64,000 nt of DNA, taken from a virus. The stretch is from the IMG/VR virus record IMGVR_UViG_3300022555_003222, positions 1 to 64,000 of that record. The stretch is one strand, 5' to 3'. The translations under genes and the position numbers were made by a program. Shown piece after piece: positions 19,557 to 29,761 of this stretch (its first letter is position 1; every line of letters starts with the position of its first letter). The notes under the pieces were generated by a model that made no database searches, was not told the origin of the DNA, and saw only the letters and a list, made by a program, of their open reading frames with translations.

Positions 19557-20033
19557 ATGAGAAGTTTTCAAGAATATGTTGTTTTGCGTGAAGCAATGGA
19601 TGATATAGTGGTCGGAAATATTGTGGTTCCTAGAAGGGAATTAATCATTCGCTTTGATGCAAGTGGTGGAGCCGGTGGTCAAAATGTTAATAAACTTGCC
19701 ACAAAAGCCACATTGAAATGGCCAGTTGCATCCAGCGTAGCTTGGGTCGGGCACGAAGAGATATTACATCGATTCTTATCCATGTTTGCCAATCGTATTA
19801 ATAGAGAAGGTGACTTGGTAATTCAATCCCAGCAGGAGCGTAAGCAACGACAAAATCTCAATGCCGCCATTGCTAAATTAGCAGATTTAATAGCACAAGC
19901 GGCCGACATTCCAATGCAACGCATTGACACCAGACCGACCCAAGGATCTGTTGAACGACGCATTAGAGACAAAGACAAAATGCGATTAAAGAAATCGCAA
20001 CGATCTGGTGGTTGGCAAAACGATTGGTCTTAG
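19557..20033 (+). CDS. arfB: Alternative ribosome-rescue factor B (ArfB/YaeJ peptidyl-tRNA hydrolase)
   Basis: SGGAGGQNVNKLATKATL (GGQ motif), RINREGDLVIQSQQERKQRQN, and basic tail RIDTRPTQGSVERRIRDK...KKSQR. Confidence 0.92.
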   Translation: MRSFQEYVVLREAMDDIVVGNIVVPRRELIIRFDASGGAGGQNVNKLATKATLKWPVASSVAWVGHEEILHRFLSMFANRINREGDLVIQSQQERKQRQNLNAAIAKLADLIAQAADIPMQRIDTRPTQGSVERRIRDKDKMRLKKSQRSGGWQNDWS

Positions 20034-20806
20034 GACAAATTGTAAAATGGACACAAAGATCGAAATTCACAACGACGACATCTTTCAGTGACGTTGCCCC
20101 ACACTTTATCTGGATCTGATGCTGATATTTGATTGTGGGCTTCTAATAATTCCTTTTCCGCAGCCAATAACGAAGCATCATTAAATTGTGCGCCAATTAG
20201 ACTACCCCCTTCTAAATAATAAAGAGCCGTATTAATGTCTTTAGCAGGGACATCATATGTGCGTTGCACAACCCGTGCATAACATCGTAATTGTAAATCA
20301 TCAGTTATAGTAGTGGATGTTTTTCGCCAAGGGCCTCGTTTAGTGGTTTTGTAATCTATGATAAACCATTTGTCTTTTTTCTGAAACAAACGATCTATAA
20401 CGCCTTTAACAAATTTTCCATTTGGTGGGTCAAGATCATAATTAAATTCAAACTCTGTTTCTCCATCCGTACCTACCTGTTCTGTTAGTTTTTCAATAGA
20501 CTTCAAATGGCCTGCTACTCTTTGTTTATAATCGGCCGGTAATATTGGAGCCTTAACAGGACTGCCATCTGCATTGGTGTCCATCGGTATTTGACCACGC
20601 AGAACATCCCTTGCCACTTCTTGTAAAAGTATTTGCCCTTTACGACTTACGTACTCTTCAGCTATCTTGTGAATGATTTTGCCATAGGTAAAATAAAACG
20701 GCTCTGGTTCTGGCTTTTCCGTCTTTAGATGATAGTGATACTTGTACTTTTGAGGGCATTCTTCCCATACACCTTTACGTGAAATACTGATATGCTGTAT
20801 GTCCAT
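20030..20806 (-). CDS. PD-(D/E)XK nuclease, Cas4/AddB-like with Fe-S cysteines
   Basis: CPQKY, GKIIH, GVIDRL, IIDYKT, QLRCY and C-terminal CRRCEFRSLC; AGGAG SD before ATG 20806. Confidence 0.88.
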   Translation of the reverse strand: MDIQHISISRKGVWEECPQKYKYHYHLKTEKPEPEPFYFTYGKIIHKIAEEYVSRKGQILLQEVARDVLRGQIPMDTNADGSPVKAPILPADYKQRVAGHLKSIEKLTEQVGTDGETEFEFNYDLDPPNGKFVKGVIDRLFQKKDKWFIIDYKTTKRGPWRKTSTTITDDLQLRCYARVVQRTYDVPAKDINTALYYLEGGSLIGAQFNDASLLAAEKELLEAHNQISASDPDKVWGNVTERCRRCEFRSLCPFYNLS

Positions 20807-20882
20807 TTCGACTCCTATTGCAAAATTGATAGACTCAGTGTAACATAAATTATCTTGCAAGTCCAGACGATTAGGTGATATC

Positions 20883-21908
20883 ATGGCAATTGATTTTGAT
20901 CGATTTCTTAACTGGGCCGAATCTCGATTTCCTACTGTCATCGTCAAGGGCGATGAGGTACGGGTAGATTCTATTTTTGAAGAAGACCATAAGCAACACA
21001 TGTGGTGTAATCCTTATGGAGGAAAAAACAATCGAGAAAATGGCGTATTTCGTTGTTGGAAAACAGATCGTCGGGGCAGCCTTATTACTCTGGTCATGCT
21101 GCGTGACCATTGTGCTTACGAAGAAGCCTGTGAAATTTTAGAAACTGGCGATGTCAACCTTGCTCGTATGGAACGGGAAGTTGATACTTTTTTTGATGAA
21201 AAAGCCACAATCGACACACCAGCCCTGCCGCTGGCAGGGCTGGTGATTCCCCCATACAGTTATTTAATTCAGGAATTATCTTCAAGTAACTTATATCGTG
21301 TACAATCTGAGATCTATTTATTTGAACGTAAATTAGATACCGCAGATTTGTATATTTGCACTGCCGGGGAAGATTACAAAAACAGAATTATTGTACCCTA
21401 CTATGATCGCACTGGGAAGCTTATTTATTTCAATGGGCGATATATCGGTGCATCGACCAAAGTCAGTAAATACAGAGGCCCATCTAAAGAATGCGGAATT
21501 GGCAAAGGTGACGTTTTATATTTTCCAAGCTGGCCCACCAGTGGAAATAAAGTATATCTTACTGAAGGCGAATTCGATGCTATGTCTGTTATTAAATCAG
21601 GACTCAATGCGGGTGCATTCGGTGGCAAAGCTTTGAGTGAAGAGCAGGCTACGCTATTGCGGGGGTATTCTGTGGTGCTGTGTCTGGATAATGATCCCGC
21701 TGGAAAAACTGCATTACCGGTACTGGGAGATTTCCTATTGAGACAGGGATTTACAGACATTGGATTCATTCGTCCACCCAAACAATATAAAGATTGGAAT
21801 GAAATGCTGCAAAAAACCAACCCACGGATGATTAATCTGTACATTACCCATAATGAGAAGCGGTATGATCCGTGGGCTGGCGAAAGTTTAAGATTTAAGG
21901 ATCTTTAA
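20883..21908 (+). CDS. DNA primase (DnaG/TOPRIM type)
   Basis: NRIIVPYYD, YFNGR, KY, YLTEGEFDAMS, LCLDNDPAG, KDWNE. Confidence 0.93.
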   Translation: MAIDFDRFLNWAESRFPTVIVKGDEVRVDSIFEEDHKQHMWCNPYGGKNNRENGVFRCWKTDRRGSLITLVMLRDHCAYEEACEILETGDVNLARMEREVDTFFDEKATIDTPALPLAGLVIPPYSYLIQELSSSNLYRVQSEIYLFERKLDTADLYICTAGEDYKNRIIVPYYDRTGKLIYFNGRYIGASTKVSKYRGPSKECGIGKGDVLYFPSWPTSGNKVYLTEGEFDAMSVIKSGLNAGAFGGKALSEEQATLLRGYSVVLCLDNDPAGKTALPVLGDFLLRQGFTDIGFIRPPKQYKDWNEMLQKTNPRMINLYITHNEKRYDPWAGESLRFKDL

Positions 21909-22445
21909 TTATTGCATAGATCCTCTGTGCTTTAACATGACAGCATAGGCAAATGGATCAACTCCTGGTGGAAGCTGACGACCCTTTAACTTTTGCATGA
22001 TTTGAAAAGCACTCATTGTTTGCAAATCCTCTTTGGGCAAATCATTAAAATTCATAGCACCTTCTGATTGAAGATTGGGCGTTGAAACTCGATCTTGTGC
22101 CCATTCATTGAATTTCTTGACACCTTTCTTAGTGGAGGGCTTTTTCCCGCTTTTCTTAGCACTCTTTTTTTCAACCTTCTTTTTTTTGGATTTTGCCTTT
22201 TTCTTTTTCACGGGCGTGCCTTTTCTGGAATCTTTTTCTGGCATTTCTTTATAATGAGGCGAATCACCTTTTTTATACATGGACCATGCAAGAGCATAGG
22301 CGTTTTTACTCTTATCTCCAAATAGTTCAGGATGTTTTGATTGCATGGCTCTTACTGTACCGCTAAATCCAGGAGGAGCAACTTCTGACATCAATTCTTC
22401 ATTGTTATCGTTCTCTTCTATCCATTCTACTAATGATTGAACCAT
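21909..22445 (-). CDS. Basic hypothetical protein, possibly an internal head protein
   Basis: N-terminus MVQSLVEWIEE, LMSE|VAPPG, NAYALAWSM and a Lys-rich tract; GAGG SD. Confidence 0.7.
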   Translation of the reverse strand: MVQSLVEWIEENDNNEELMSEVAPPGFSGTVRAMQSKHPELFGDKSKNAYALAWSMYKKGDSPHYKEMPEKDSRKGTPVKKKKAKSKKKKVEKKSAKKSGKKPSTKKGVKKFNEWAQDRVSTPNLQSEGAMNFNDLPKEDLQTMSAFQIMQKLKGRQLPPGVDPFAYAVMLKHRGSMQ

Positions 22446-22484
22446 ATTTACCTCATTCTTTTAATGTATTTACTCTGCTAAGAT

Positions 22485-22886
22485 ATGAAAATTCCAAGCA
22501 AACATCAAGAATACTTCAAGGGCAAAGTGTGTACTGTATTTACCACTTCTATCAATAGAAATTTCAAGGATGAAAATCCCACAGATTATCCCAAGCAGCT
22601 TTACAATTATTTTGTTGGATTCATAGAAGATATTGATGAATCTGGTATATTAATTAGGCAGGCGGCAACTGGATTGAAAACCTATTTATTCATGCATAAT
22701 ATGGTAGCTATTGCTGAAGAACAGGTTGAAATATTGAGTCAAGAAGAAGTCGAAAAAATCGTTAAAGAAGAGCCGGGATACTCACAACCCGACGTTGCGG
22801 TACACACGCCAGACAATACGCCTTTTGTAAATATAGAAGGTCTTTCTAAACTTGCCGAACATGCTAAAGCCGCATTCGACAAATAA
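22485..22886 (+). CDS. Hypothetical protein, possibly Sm/LSm-like fold
   Basis: Pattern YFVGFIEDIDESGILI...YLFMHNMVAI. Confidence 0.6.
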   Translation: MKIPSKHQEYFKGKVCTVFTTSINRNFKDENPTDYPKQLYNYFVGFIEDIDESGILIRQAATGLKTYLFMHNMVAIAEEQVEILSQEEVEKIVKEEPGYSQPDVAVHTPDNTPFVNIEGLSKLAEHAKAAFDK

Positions 22887-22931
22887 TAACGCTTCTCTTG
22901 ATATATAATTCCATACATTGAGGTGGGAAAA

Positions 22932-25900
22932 ATGCTTGATTATTATGACACTTCCTTTTTGGACTTTTATGCACATCGAGAGCCGGTATCGGTTTTAGAG
23001 CGTGATCTTCGCATTGAACAGCTAGCAATCGCTACTGGCGTGTTTGATGATACTTGGGATTTCTATGATCTCATGGAGATGGCTGCTACTTATACCGATA
23101 ACAAGGGTCGTGAATATTGGAATGTTAATAAAGTTCCATTGTATATGGATGAGGACGATATTTACTATCTTCGTCAATTCCCAGTTCGTTATTGGAAACA
23201 AGCCTTGGCTAAGCGATACAACAATCTTTTGATTGCCAAACACTTGAATACCGATCATAAGAATAGAGCAAAAAAGGGTGGCCCGAAACCTATGAATGAT
23301 TGGCTGTGGATGGCCATGCATAGTCCTAAGGGAAGAATGTTATTCTTTGTTGATACCCGTATAACCAGTTTATATGAAAAATTAACCAAACCTAAAGATA
23401 TCGACAAGCTTCGTCGAATGAATAAAGATCAAAGAGGTGAGTATGAGCATGGCGGCGGAGGATTTTGGCATCACACATTTGATAATCCAAAATTCTTGAA
23501 TCTACAACGAGCAATGGACGAAATGCAGCACAGAAAAGCTCATCCGGCTGATGAAGCGGCTAAACGTGCAGAAGAAGCAGAGCAAAAAGACACAAAAACG
23601 GACTCCAAGCGAACCAATAAAGTTTGGTTGACAGAAGACTTTGTAGGAGTGGGCGAAGCCACGGCCGAAGAGCGATTGCATCATTGGCTTGATGGTATTC
23701 GACAAGGATGGCTTGGCCACCCACAACAAAATGACGAAGTGGAAATTAGAAAATTAACTTGGGGTGGTGGTGGTAAAAAAGAACAATTGGTCTATTCTCC
23801 ATTGTGGCTTAATGAATGGGTGCCAACTTGGCAAAGAAAAATGAAGGCGGCTCTAGAAGCCATTCGTCCTCCACTACCACAATTTATCATTGATAAAATG
23901 CCAATAGACTTAGAGGGCAATAAGGTTGTTTGGAAGGCATTGGTGCCTTCCGACGAAAAGGTTGTTGTAGCTGCCAAAGACTACATACCTTTCTTACTGC
24001 CCGCTAGATCTATTGATCGTCAAGATGTCAAAAAGCACGACCAATATCATAGTGCTCACGATCAGGTCGAAGAGGCCATAAAAAACAAAGAGGGTGACAA
24101 CAGTAAGCTGGTAACTTTAATCAATAAAATTAGAAGTGCCGAATTGCCAAACTATGTGGAAGAGGAAAAGCAGAAACTAAGAGATGAATTTGGCAAGTTA
24201 GCCCCAGAAGCGTTAGAAGAGCGATTGGACTCTTTGGCTTTGAATGAAGCGATTTTGTCGGTTAAATACTGGTTAAAAGAAAAGGGAATAAACATGGATA
24301 CTCTATCTTCAGATAGAGTTCTTGAAAACGAACCTCTAAGAAATTCTCTTATTGAAAAATTGTCTGAATTCCTAGAACATGCCAAACAAAGAATGGCACA
24401 TATTAAAGCTCATGCCACTCGGTACGATGTTTGGGATTGGGTACTTGGTGATCACAATAACGCATATGACGGCAATCAAAAAAGACATAAGAGATTATAC
24501 AAAACCGTCACTTTTGGAGGGATATTCCCCAATCGTCAGCAAAAGGTGAAAACTATTTCTGATCCTGATGATTGGCGCAATGTTTTAGTGTATTACTTTG
24601 GACAAGCTAGAGAAATCAATGGTGTTCCTTATGTGCTTAAAGCTAATATTCCAAATGTAGAAACGTCCTCTAGTTTGCCCAATTCGGCTTACGAAAAAGG
24701 CGGAGCTATTTGGCAGGGCATTCACTACGCATTAAATAGTGATGTAGTGATGAAGCATGTACCAGAATGGCAAACATTAAGTCACCATAAGCGTGATCTG
24801 TTTCAGGTTATCAATGAATGGATGATGTGGCAAACTGGAGAAGCCGCCTTCCGAGATTTCATGGATGCCTACAATGAAGATGACGTTGAGCGCATGGAAC
24901 AAATGGGCAAATTGTTGTTCAAGAGAATTAGAACTAAATCACAAAACTTTGTTATTAGCTTGTTCCAATTGGATATCCTTGGTCGTGGCACAGTCAGAAC
25001 ACGTTCTGGCCATAAAGCTGACGCACAATTGTCTGTGGTGGAAGAATTGGGTCAATTCTTAAAAGCACAGAAGCAAACATTGGAAGATTTAGCCAAAGAC
25101 TTACAGCCCCAACATCAACATAGAGTACAACGACCAATGTCATTAGGAGCCTCAGGTATTCCTGGACATAGTATCGATGCAATCAAGGCACAATTGAAGG
25201 CTGTTGAAATCGCTCGTAAGCAGACAGATCTTGGACCGGCTTTTGAACGATTAGCCTCGGGTATGGCTAAGGATCTATTATTGGCAACAATGGTCAACAT
25301 CTATATTTCCAAAATGAGCGATTCTGGAAAGAAGATCAATCGAGATTACACCTACGAAGATGCGGAAACATACGCACGACAAGTATTAGGTCTCGATGCA
25401 GAGGATGCAGCACAAGACGATAGTGGTTATGAATCTCAAAAGAAAGAGTTCTTCCAAAAGATGGAAACTGTTATTACACAGTGGGATATGGAAAAGACTC
25501 AACCCAAAGATGTGGTGCATGATCTAGGTCCGGGTGGAGACATGACGGTAAATCTCATTTATCAATTAGAGCAATTGAACAACAATGATCGAGAACAACA
25601 AGCATCTCGCTTGCTTGATACTTTAGAAAATTCATTGTCTAATCAAACAGATCTAGGCCAAAAAGCACACGCTGCTGGCACTGATCCCGAAATGGCACGC
25701 ATTGCTATTGAATTCGTGTTGTATTATTTTAATAGACACGAAGGAGTAGCATCTGCTCCACAAGACCCACAAGCAGTACGGCCATCTCAAGGATTTACAG
25801 CACAACAAGAATCAGCAATGTTGCAGGCTTACATGAGAGAACTGTTTGGTGGCCAAGATCCGCCCCCAGCAGGACCGATACAGGTGCCAGATTCAACCAT

Positions 25901-26150
25901 TCACATGATCATACATGGAGATGGTGGAAGACAAATCTATGATCGGTTAAATGATTATTCGCATCCAACTACCGGTGAGCACCCCCATATTGGATTTGGC
26001 CCAGGACAGAGTATTAATCTCACTCATCATCCTAGATTTTTAGAATTAGCCAAAGCAATTGTAGATGCCGTAAACGCCAAGACTCATCAAACGGGTGTAG
26101 ATATAGGTGGTCAATCAAACATTCCCAGCGGTATGAGTGGTGGATTTTAG
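22932..26150 (+). CDS. Large hypothetical protein (about 1070 aa)
   Basis: Long open frame with GAGG SD; no motif recognised. Confidence 0.8.
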   Translation: MLDYYDTSFLDFYAHREPVSVLERDLRIEQLAIATGVFDDTWDFYDLMEMAATYTDNKGREYWNVNKVPLYMDEDDIYYLRQFPVRYWKQALAKRYNNLLIAKHLNTDHKNRAKKGGPKPMNDWLWMAMHSPKGRMLFFVDTRITSLYEKLTKPKDIDKLRRMNKDQRGEYEHGGGGFWHHTFDNPKFLNLQRAMDEMQHRKAHPADEAAKRAEEAEQKDTKTDSKRTNKVWLTEDFVGVGEATAEERLHHWLDGIRQGWLGHPQQNDEVEIRKLTWGGGGKKEQLVYSPLWLNEWVPTWQRKMKAALEAIRPPLPQFIIDKMPIDLEGNKVVWKALVPSDEKVVVAAKDYIPFLLPARSIDRQDVKKHDQYHSAHDQVEEAIKNKEGDNSKLVTLINKIRSAELPNYVEEEKQKLRDEFGKLAPEALEERLDSLALNEAILSVKYWLKEKGINMDTLSSDRVLENEPLRNSLIEKLSEFLEHAKQRMAHIKAHATRYDVWDWVLGDHNNAYDGNQKRHKRLYKTVTFGGIFPNRQQKVKTISDPDDWRNVLVYYFGQAREINGVPYVLKANIPNVETSSSLPNSAYEKGGAIWQGIHYALNSDVVMKHVPEWQTLSHHKRDLFQVINEWMMWQTGEAAFRDFMDAYNEDDVERMEQMGKLLFKRIRTKSQNFVISLFQLDILGRGTVRTRSGHKADAQLSVVEELGQFLKAQKQTLEDLAKDLQPQHQHRVQRPMSLGASGIPGHSIDAIKAQLKAVEIARKQTDLGPAFERLASGMAKDLLLATMVNIYISKMSDSGKKINRDYTYEDAETYARQVLGLDAEDAAQDDSGYESQKKEFFQKMETVITQWDMEKTQPKDVVHDLGPGGDMTVNLIYQLEQLNNNDREQQASRLLDTLENSLSNQTDLGQKAHAAGTDPEMARIAIEFVLYYFNRHEGVASAPQDPQAVRPSQGFTAQQESAMLQAYMRELFGGQDPPPAGPIQVPDSTIHMIIHGDGGRQIYDRLNDYSHPTTGEHPHIGFGPGQSINLTHHPRFLELAKAIVDAVNAKTHQTGVDIGGQSNIPSGMSGGF

Positions 26151-27617
26151 TAAATTTTTATAGAAAGCAATCTTTTCAGGCAACGGTAATTTGTTGCTTT
26201 GTGCCAACGATTGTTCCAATAACATACGCTGTACATTGCTCATAGTCCATTTTCTAGACTCTTGTTGTTCTTCTGCTCTAGATTTAATGTATTCATATGC
26301 ATGGGTTCTATCCATGCCTTGAAGTTCAGCATATTTTCTTACTAGCGCACCAGTGTCATCATATTTGCCTCCAGTGGCACGATATAAAACATCTTTAACT
26401 GATCTAATATCTTGTAAATCTACGCCTTGTCGATGAAGATGTATGAGGGTTGTCTCTAAGTCTTCTGGTGACAAGTGCCGCTTTAACAATAAATCCGATC
26501 CAGACTTGCGTAATATTTTATTGAACACTGGATCTGATGCCTTATCTGCTTCTCCTGTACCACGGGGGCGACCTTTTTTACGTGGAACTTTTGGCGACTC
26601 TACTTCATCCGCTCCATATTTTGGTTCCCAAGGATTAAAATCGGTGGCTGCTTGGACACCCAATATGGCGTCTCCTCTATGATTAGTGGGCAAATCTCTA
26701 ATGCGAGATGCTCTCGATTCTTCACCTTCTCCTGGCAACGGCTCAGCTTCAGATTCATCCTCAAATGGATTATCTGATGGCTCATGCTGGGCCTCTGGCT
26801 CATGCTGGGCCTCTGGCTCATGCTGGGCCTCTGGCTCATGCTGGGCCTCTGGCTCATGCTGGGCCTCTGGCTCATGCTGGGCCTCTGGCTCATGCTGGGC
26901 CTCTGGTTCATGCTGGGCCTCTGGTTCATGCTGGGCCTCTGGTTCATGCTGGGCCTCTGGTTCATGCTGTGGAGGCGGAAGTGGAGTTGGAGCATGAGAC
27001 ACTTCTGGCTCGGGGTGTATAGGAGCATTTCGATCTATGGCTCCCATGCCTGTTGGTTTATCTACTTGTGTTTCTGGAGCCTTTGCAGATATAGAAGCAT
27101 TTGTATTGGCGTGCTTCTTGCCCAAGTCGTACATCTGATTTGTGTAATAATTAATAGTGGCCGCTAAATCAGTTTTGAATTTTATAAAATACGATTGAAT
27201 CGCATCTGGTAAACTTTGCACAGATGTAGCTTCTGCAAAAAACTCATTCACTGCTTGCTCAATACCTTCTTGAATCTCAATGTATTCTCTAAGAGTAATC
27301 CTTTTATTAATGCTCTCGTAGACACCTGCTACGTGCTTCCAATCGGGATTGGTTGGATGATCTCCATACCAAAGTTTACGTAAGAAACCTCTCATTCCAT
27401 GTTTGAACCAAGGCAAAGACCCTTGAATGGCTTTTTGTGCTGGTGTAGCCCCCGCAACCTGTGTCGCAAGTTGTCCAGTAGCAGTCTTGGGTTCTAAGGC
27501 CAATAATGCTTTTTCTAATTGATCTACAAGCCCTTGCGACTGACGATTAAGATTTATGAAAAGGTCTTCCTTTTCCTTCTCTAATTGCGTCATTTGCTCT
27601 TTAGTTGCTTCAGCCAT
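26115..27617 (-). CDS. Hypothetical protein with an EAQHEP tandem repeat
   Basis: GAGGA SD before ATG 27617 (MAEATKE). Confidence 0.8.
   Translation of the reverse strand: MAEATKEQMTQLEKEKEDLFINLNRQSQGLVDQLEKALLALEPKTATGQLATQVAGATPAQKAIQGSLPWFKHGMRGFLRKLWYGDHPTNPDWKHVAGVYESINKRITLREYIEIQEGIEQAVNEFFAEATSVQSLPDAIQSYFIKFKTDLAATINYYTNQMYDLGKKHANTNASISAKAPETQVDKPTGMGAIDRNAPIHPEPEVSHAPTPLPPPQHEPEAQHEPEAQHEPEAQHEPEAQHEPEAQHEPEAQHEPEAQHEPEAQHEPEAQHEPEAQHEPSDNPFEDESEAEPLPGEGEESRASRIRDLPTNHRGDAILGVQAATDFNPWEPKYGADEVESPKVPRKKGRPRGTGEADKASDPVFNKILRKSGSDLLLKRHLSPEDLETTLIHLHRQGVDLQDIRSVKDVLYRATGGKYDDTGALVRKYAELQGMDRTHAYEYIKSRAEEQQESRKWTMSNVQRMLLEQSLAQSNKLPLPEKIAFYKNLLKSTTHTAGNV
26779..26969. repeat. 18-bp tandem repeat, 10 full units plus a partial one
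   Basis: Unit GG(C/T)TCATGCTGGGCCTCT; 7 C-variant starts followed by 4 T-variant starts. Confidence 0.97.
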
Positions 27618-27672
27618 ATTAATATTCCTCAATAATTCCTTATGGAATATATATCTGGCATTGGTCAAAATA

Positions 27673-27924
27673 TCACCTACGATCAGGCATGTATTCGCCA
27701 ATCTTCTTCAAAGACATGAGGCAAGAATCAAAACGGTGAAATTCACTGCTTAGATATTCCATAGTGCGTTCTTCGAATTCACGACTACCTTGTTCTTCAA
27801 CTTCAAAAACAATAGCCTTGCCTCTACGGCCTATAACCTTATAACCATGCATCATTAAATATGCGCCAGCACCTAGATCGCTAATTTCACGTTGCACTGC
27901 CTTTTCGATGGGTTTCATTTCCAT
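27673..27924 (-). CDS. Small DUF5659-like protein
   Basis: ISDLGAGAYLMMHGY...IVFEV pattern; start placed downstream of the hairpin. Confidence 0.6.
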   Translation of the reverse strand: MEMKPIEKAVQREISDLGAGAYLMMHGYKVIGRRGKAIVFEVEEQGSREFEERTMEYLSSEFHRFDSCLMSLKKIGEYMPDRR

Positions 27925-27945
27925 GATTTGCCTTTCATTCAAAAC

Positions 27946-27973
27946 GCCCTCCCCGCCCACGGGCGGGGAGGGC
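27946..27973. terminator. GC-rich hairpin terminator
   Basis: GCCCTCCCCGCCC-AC-GGGCGGGGAGGGC just past the stop of 27983..28672. Confidence 0.75.
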
Positions 27974-27982
27974 TTTGTTTAC

Positions 27983-28672
27983 TTACTTATATAAAGCCAA
28001 TTTCTTCAACATGTGAACTTCCACCCTCAAAGTAAGAAGATTACCATTTAGGCTGTTCATTTGTCTTTCTAATGAAGTAATTAGCTCATCAATTATTTCA
28101 AAACTATTCTTATTTCTTTTCAATCCTGCCAGGATCTTTGTTTCTGCTAATCCTGCATTTGCATCAAATTCTGCCACCTCTTCCAACAAACAAGGAGGAG
28201 TGCGATTAGTCGAAATCGATTTCGCAGGGATGCCTGCATAATTACAAGCACATTTACTGTGTTCCTCTCGAACATCCAGCATGGCATTGTGGTCAATATC
28301 CCCGGATGCAGCCTTGTCCATCTTTTCCATTGTATCTTTTACTTTGGTCCAGAATTCTGGCTGTAAATCACAAATTGCTGCGGATCGCTCGGCAGCCATT
28401 TCTAATCTTCTTTCTGTGTCATGATCCCAGAGTAAAACTGGGTCTTTGTGAAAGTATTCACAACCTACAAAGCGGATATTTCCAACATCATCCTTTACTT
28501 TATATCTGATACCACTACACGGTGGCCTGAAGTTTGATTGTCTGACTTCTTCGTAGATGTCATAAATCTTACCTTCTGTAAAGTTAGGGATGGGATTAAG
28601 TGGGCAGTCTTCGCTGCCGCTAGGCAATGCGGGAAAATACCTCTCCCGCTTGATTACATGTAGTTCTTCCAT
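27983..28672 (-). CDS. Hypothetical protein with C-terminal coiled coil
   Basis: 229-aa ORF with AAGGA SD. Confidence 0.7.
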   Translation of the reverse strand: MEELHVIKRERYFPALPSGSEDCPLNPIPNFTEGKIYDIYEEVRQSNFRPPCSGIRYKVKDDVGNIRFVGCEYFHKDPVLLWDHDTERRLEMAAERSAAICDLQPEFWTKVKDTMEKMDKAASGDIDHNAMLDVREEHSKCACNYAGIPAKSISTNRTPPCLLEEVAEFDANAGLAETKILAGLKRNKNSFEIIDELITSLERQMNSLNGNLLTLRVEVHMLKKLALYK

Positions 28673-28733
28673 TTTAGTCCTTTGGTAAAAACACTAACCT
28701 TCTGCTCATATCTAAGCAGCTTATTAATTATTT

Positions 28734-29750
28734 TTACCCTTTATCTGCGGCTTCTGCGGCCACAAGACAACCTCTTGCCACACTATAAAGAGGATCAGCA
28801 GGACGAATAATCTTCCCAACCTGTATAGGAAGGTTGGCTTTTTGAACTACATCTGTGAACAAAACATCGAATCCATTTGGCAAACTACTGCCACCAGCCA
28901 CAACAATATCTACAGCTTGAGTAGCATGTACTTTATTGCCCATGCTTTCCAAACCTTTTTTGATTCCTGATACAGTTTTCTGCATCATAATCTCATATTG
29001 TGACTTTATAGCTCGTTGCACAAGAGAATCGGGATCTACTAGCAAATCGGTTTTAAGTTTTTCTTGATTGATAAAGGCAGGAGTCTCACCCGTAGCTTTT
29101 GCAGCCATTTTATCAATCCAGTCCCCGGAGTTAACCAAAGCAAAATCAAATACCGGAGCCCCATAAATAGAATAGCAAAGATTAACCATACCTGCACCAA
29201 AACTTATACCAATGCCGGTGAAAGCTTTATCCGCAAGTTCCGCATACACAAGAGCCAGACCTTCATTGATTGGATATGCCTTTACTTTATTTCCATTCTT
29301 ATCTTTGTATCCTTTGAATATGGCTTCTAAAACCTTGGAGTGGTAATCAGCATCAGTCTCTTCGTTGATGGCGTTAGCTGGCACGCTGTAATAAAGGGTT
29401 TCTCCGTCCTGAACGGTATCGCCTAATAATCCATACATCATAATGCTCATAATCTGCTGAGCATTCTTTTCTTTTGGATTCAAACACCCTTGCGACATCG
29501 GTCTGCGAAGTTCAAGCTGGCTCATGGTGTAAGCCATATTGACGGCCGCTTCACCCAATGCATAAGCTACTCCCGCCTCTTTTCTCTCGATAAGCGGTAC
29601 GCCCACCTGCTTCATCATATTGAAGACAAATGGTTTGTCTAAAGAAATCTTCAAGAAAGCATTCACCTCACGCTTGTGTATGAAATTGCCAGTTAAATCC
29701 CTACGACAACACACTAGGTTATATGTCCCACAATCAAAACTTATACTCAT
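28734..29750 (-). CDS. Actin-fold ATPase (MreB/ParM/MamK superfamily)
   Basis: Phosphate-1 ISFDCGTYN, YSVPA, connect-1 INEGLA, phosphate-2 GISFGAGMVN, adenosine VVAGGSS, connect-2 ARGCL. Confidence 0.88.
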   Translation of the reverse strand: MSISFDCGTYNLVCCRRDLTGNFIHKREVNAFLKISLDKPFVFNMMKQVGVPLIERKEAGVAYALGEAAVNMAYTMSQLELRRPMSQGCLNPKEKNAQQIMSIMMYGLLGDTVQDGETLYYSVPANAINEETDADYHSKVLEAIFKGYKDKNGNKVKAYPINEGLALVYAELADKAFTGIGISFGAGMVNLCYSIYGAPVFDFALVNSGDWIDKMAAKATGETPAFINQEKLKTDLLVDPDSLVQRAIKSQYEIMMQKTVSGIKKGLESMGNKVHATQAVDIVVAGGSSLPNGFDVLFTDVVQKANLPIQVGKIIRPADPLYSVARGCLVAAEAADKG

Positions 29751-29761
29751 AATTCTCTCCT

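Noticed and set aside
20030-20806. Cas4 as part of a CRISPR-Cas system
   Set aside because: No cas1/cas2 or array in the window; solo Cas4/AddB-like nucleases near primases are common in phages.
20883-20925. Primase N-terminus MAIDFDRFLNWAE as a capsid-targeting tag
   Set aside because: Only a loose match and likely the first helix of the primase domain; shows the motif can arise by chance.
26779-26969. Possible CRISPR array
   Set aside because: Units are directly tandem with no spacers and lie in frame inside a CDS.
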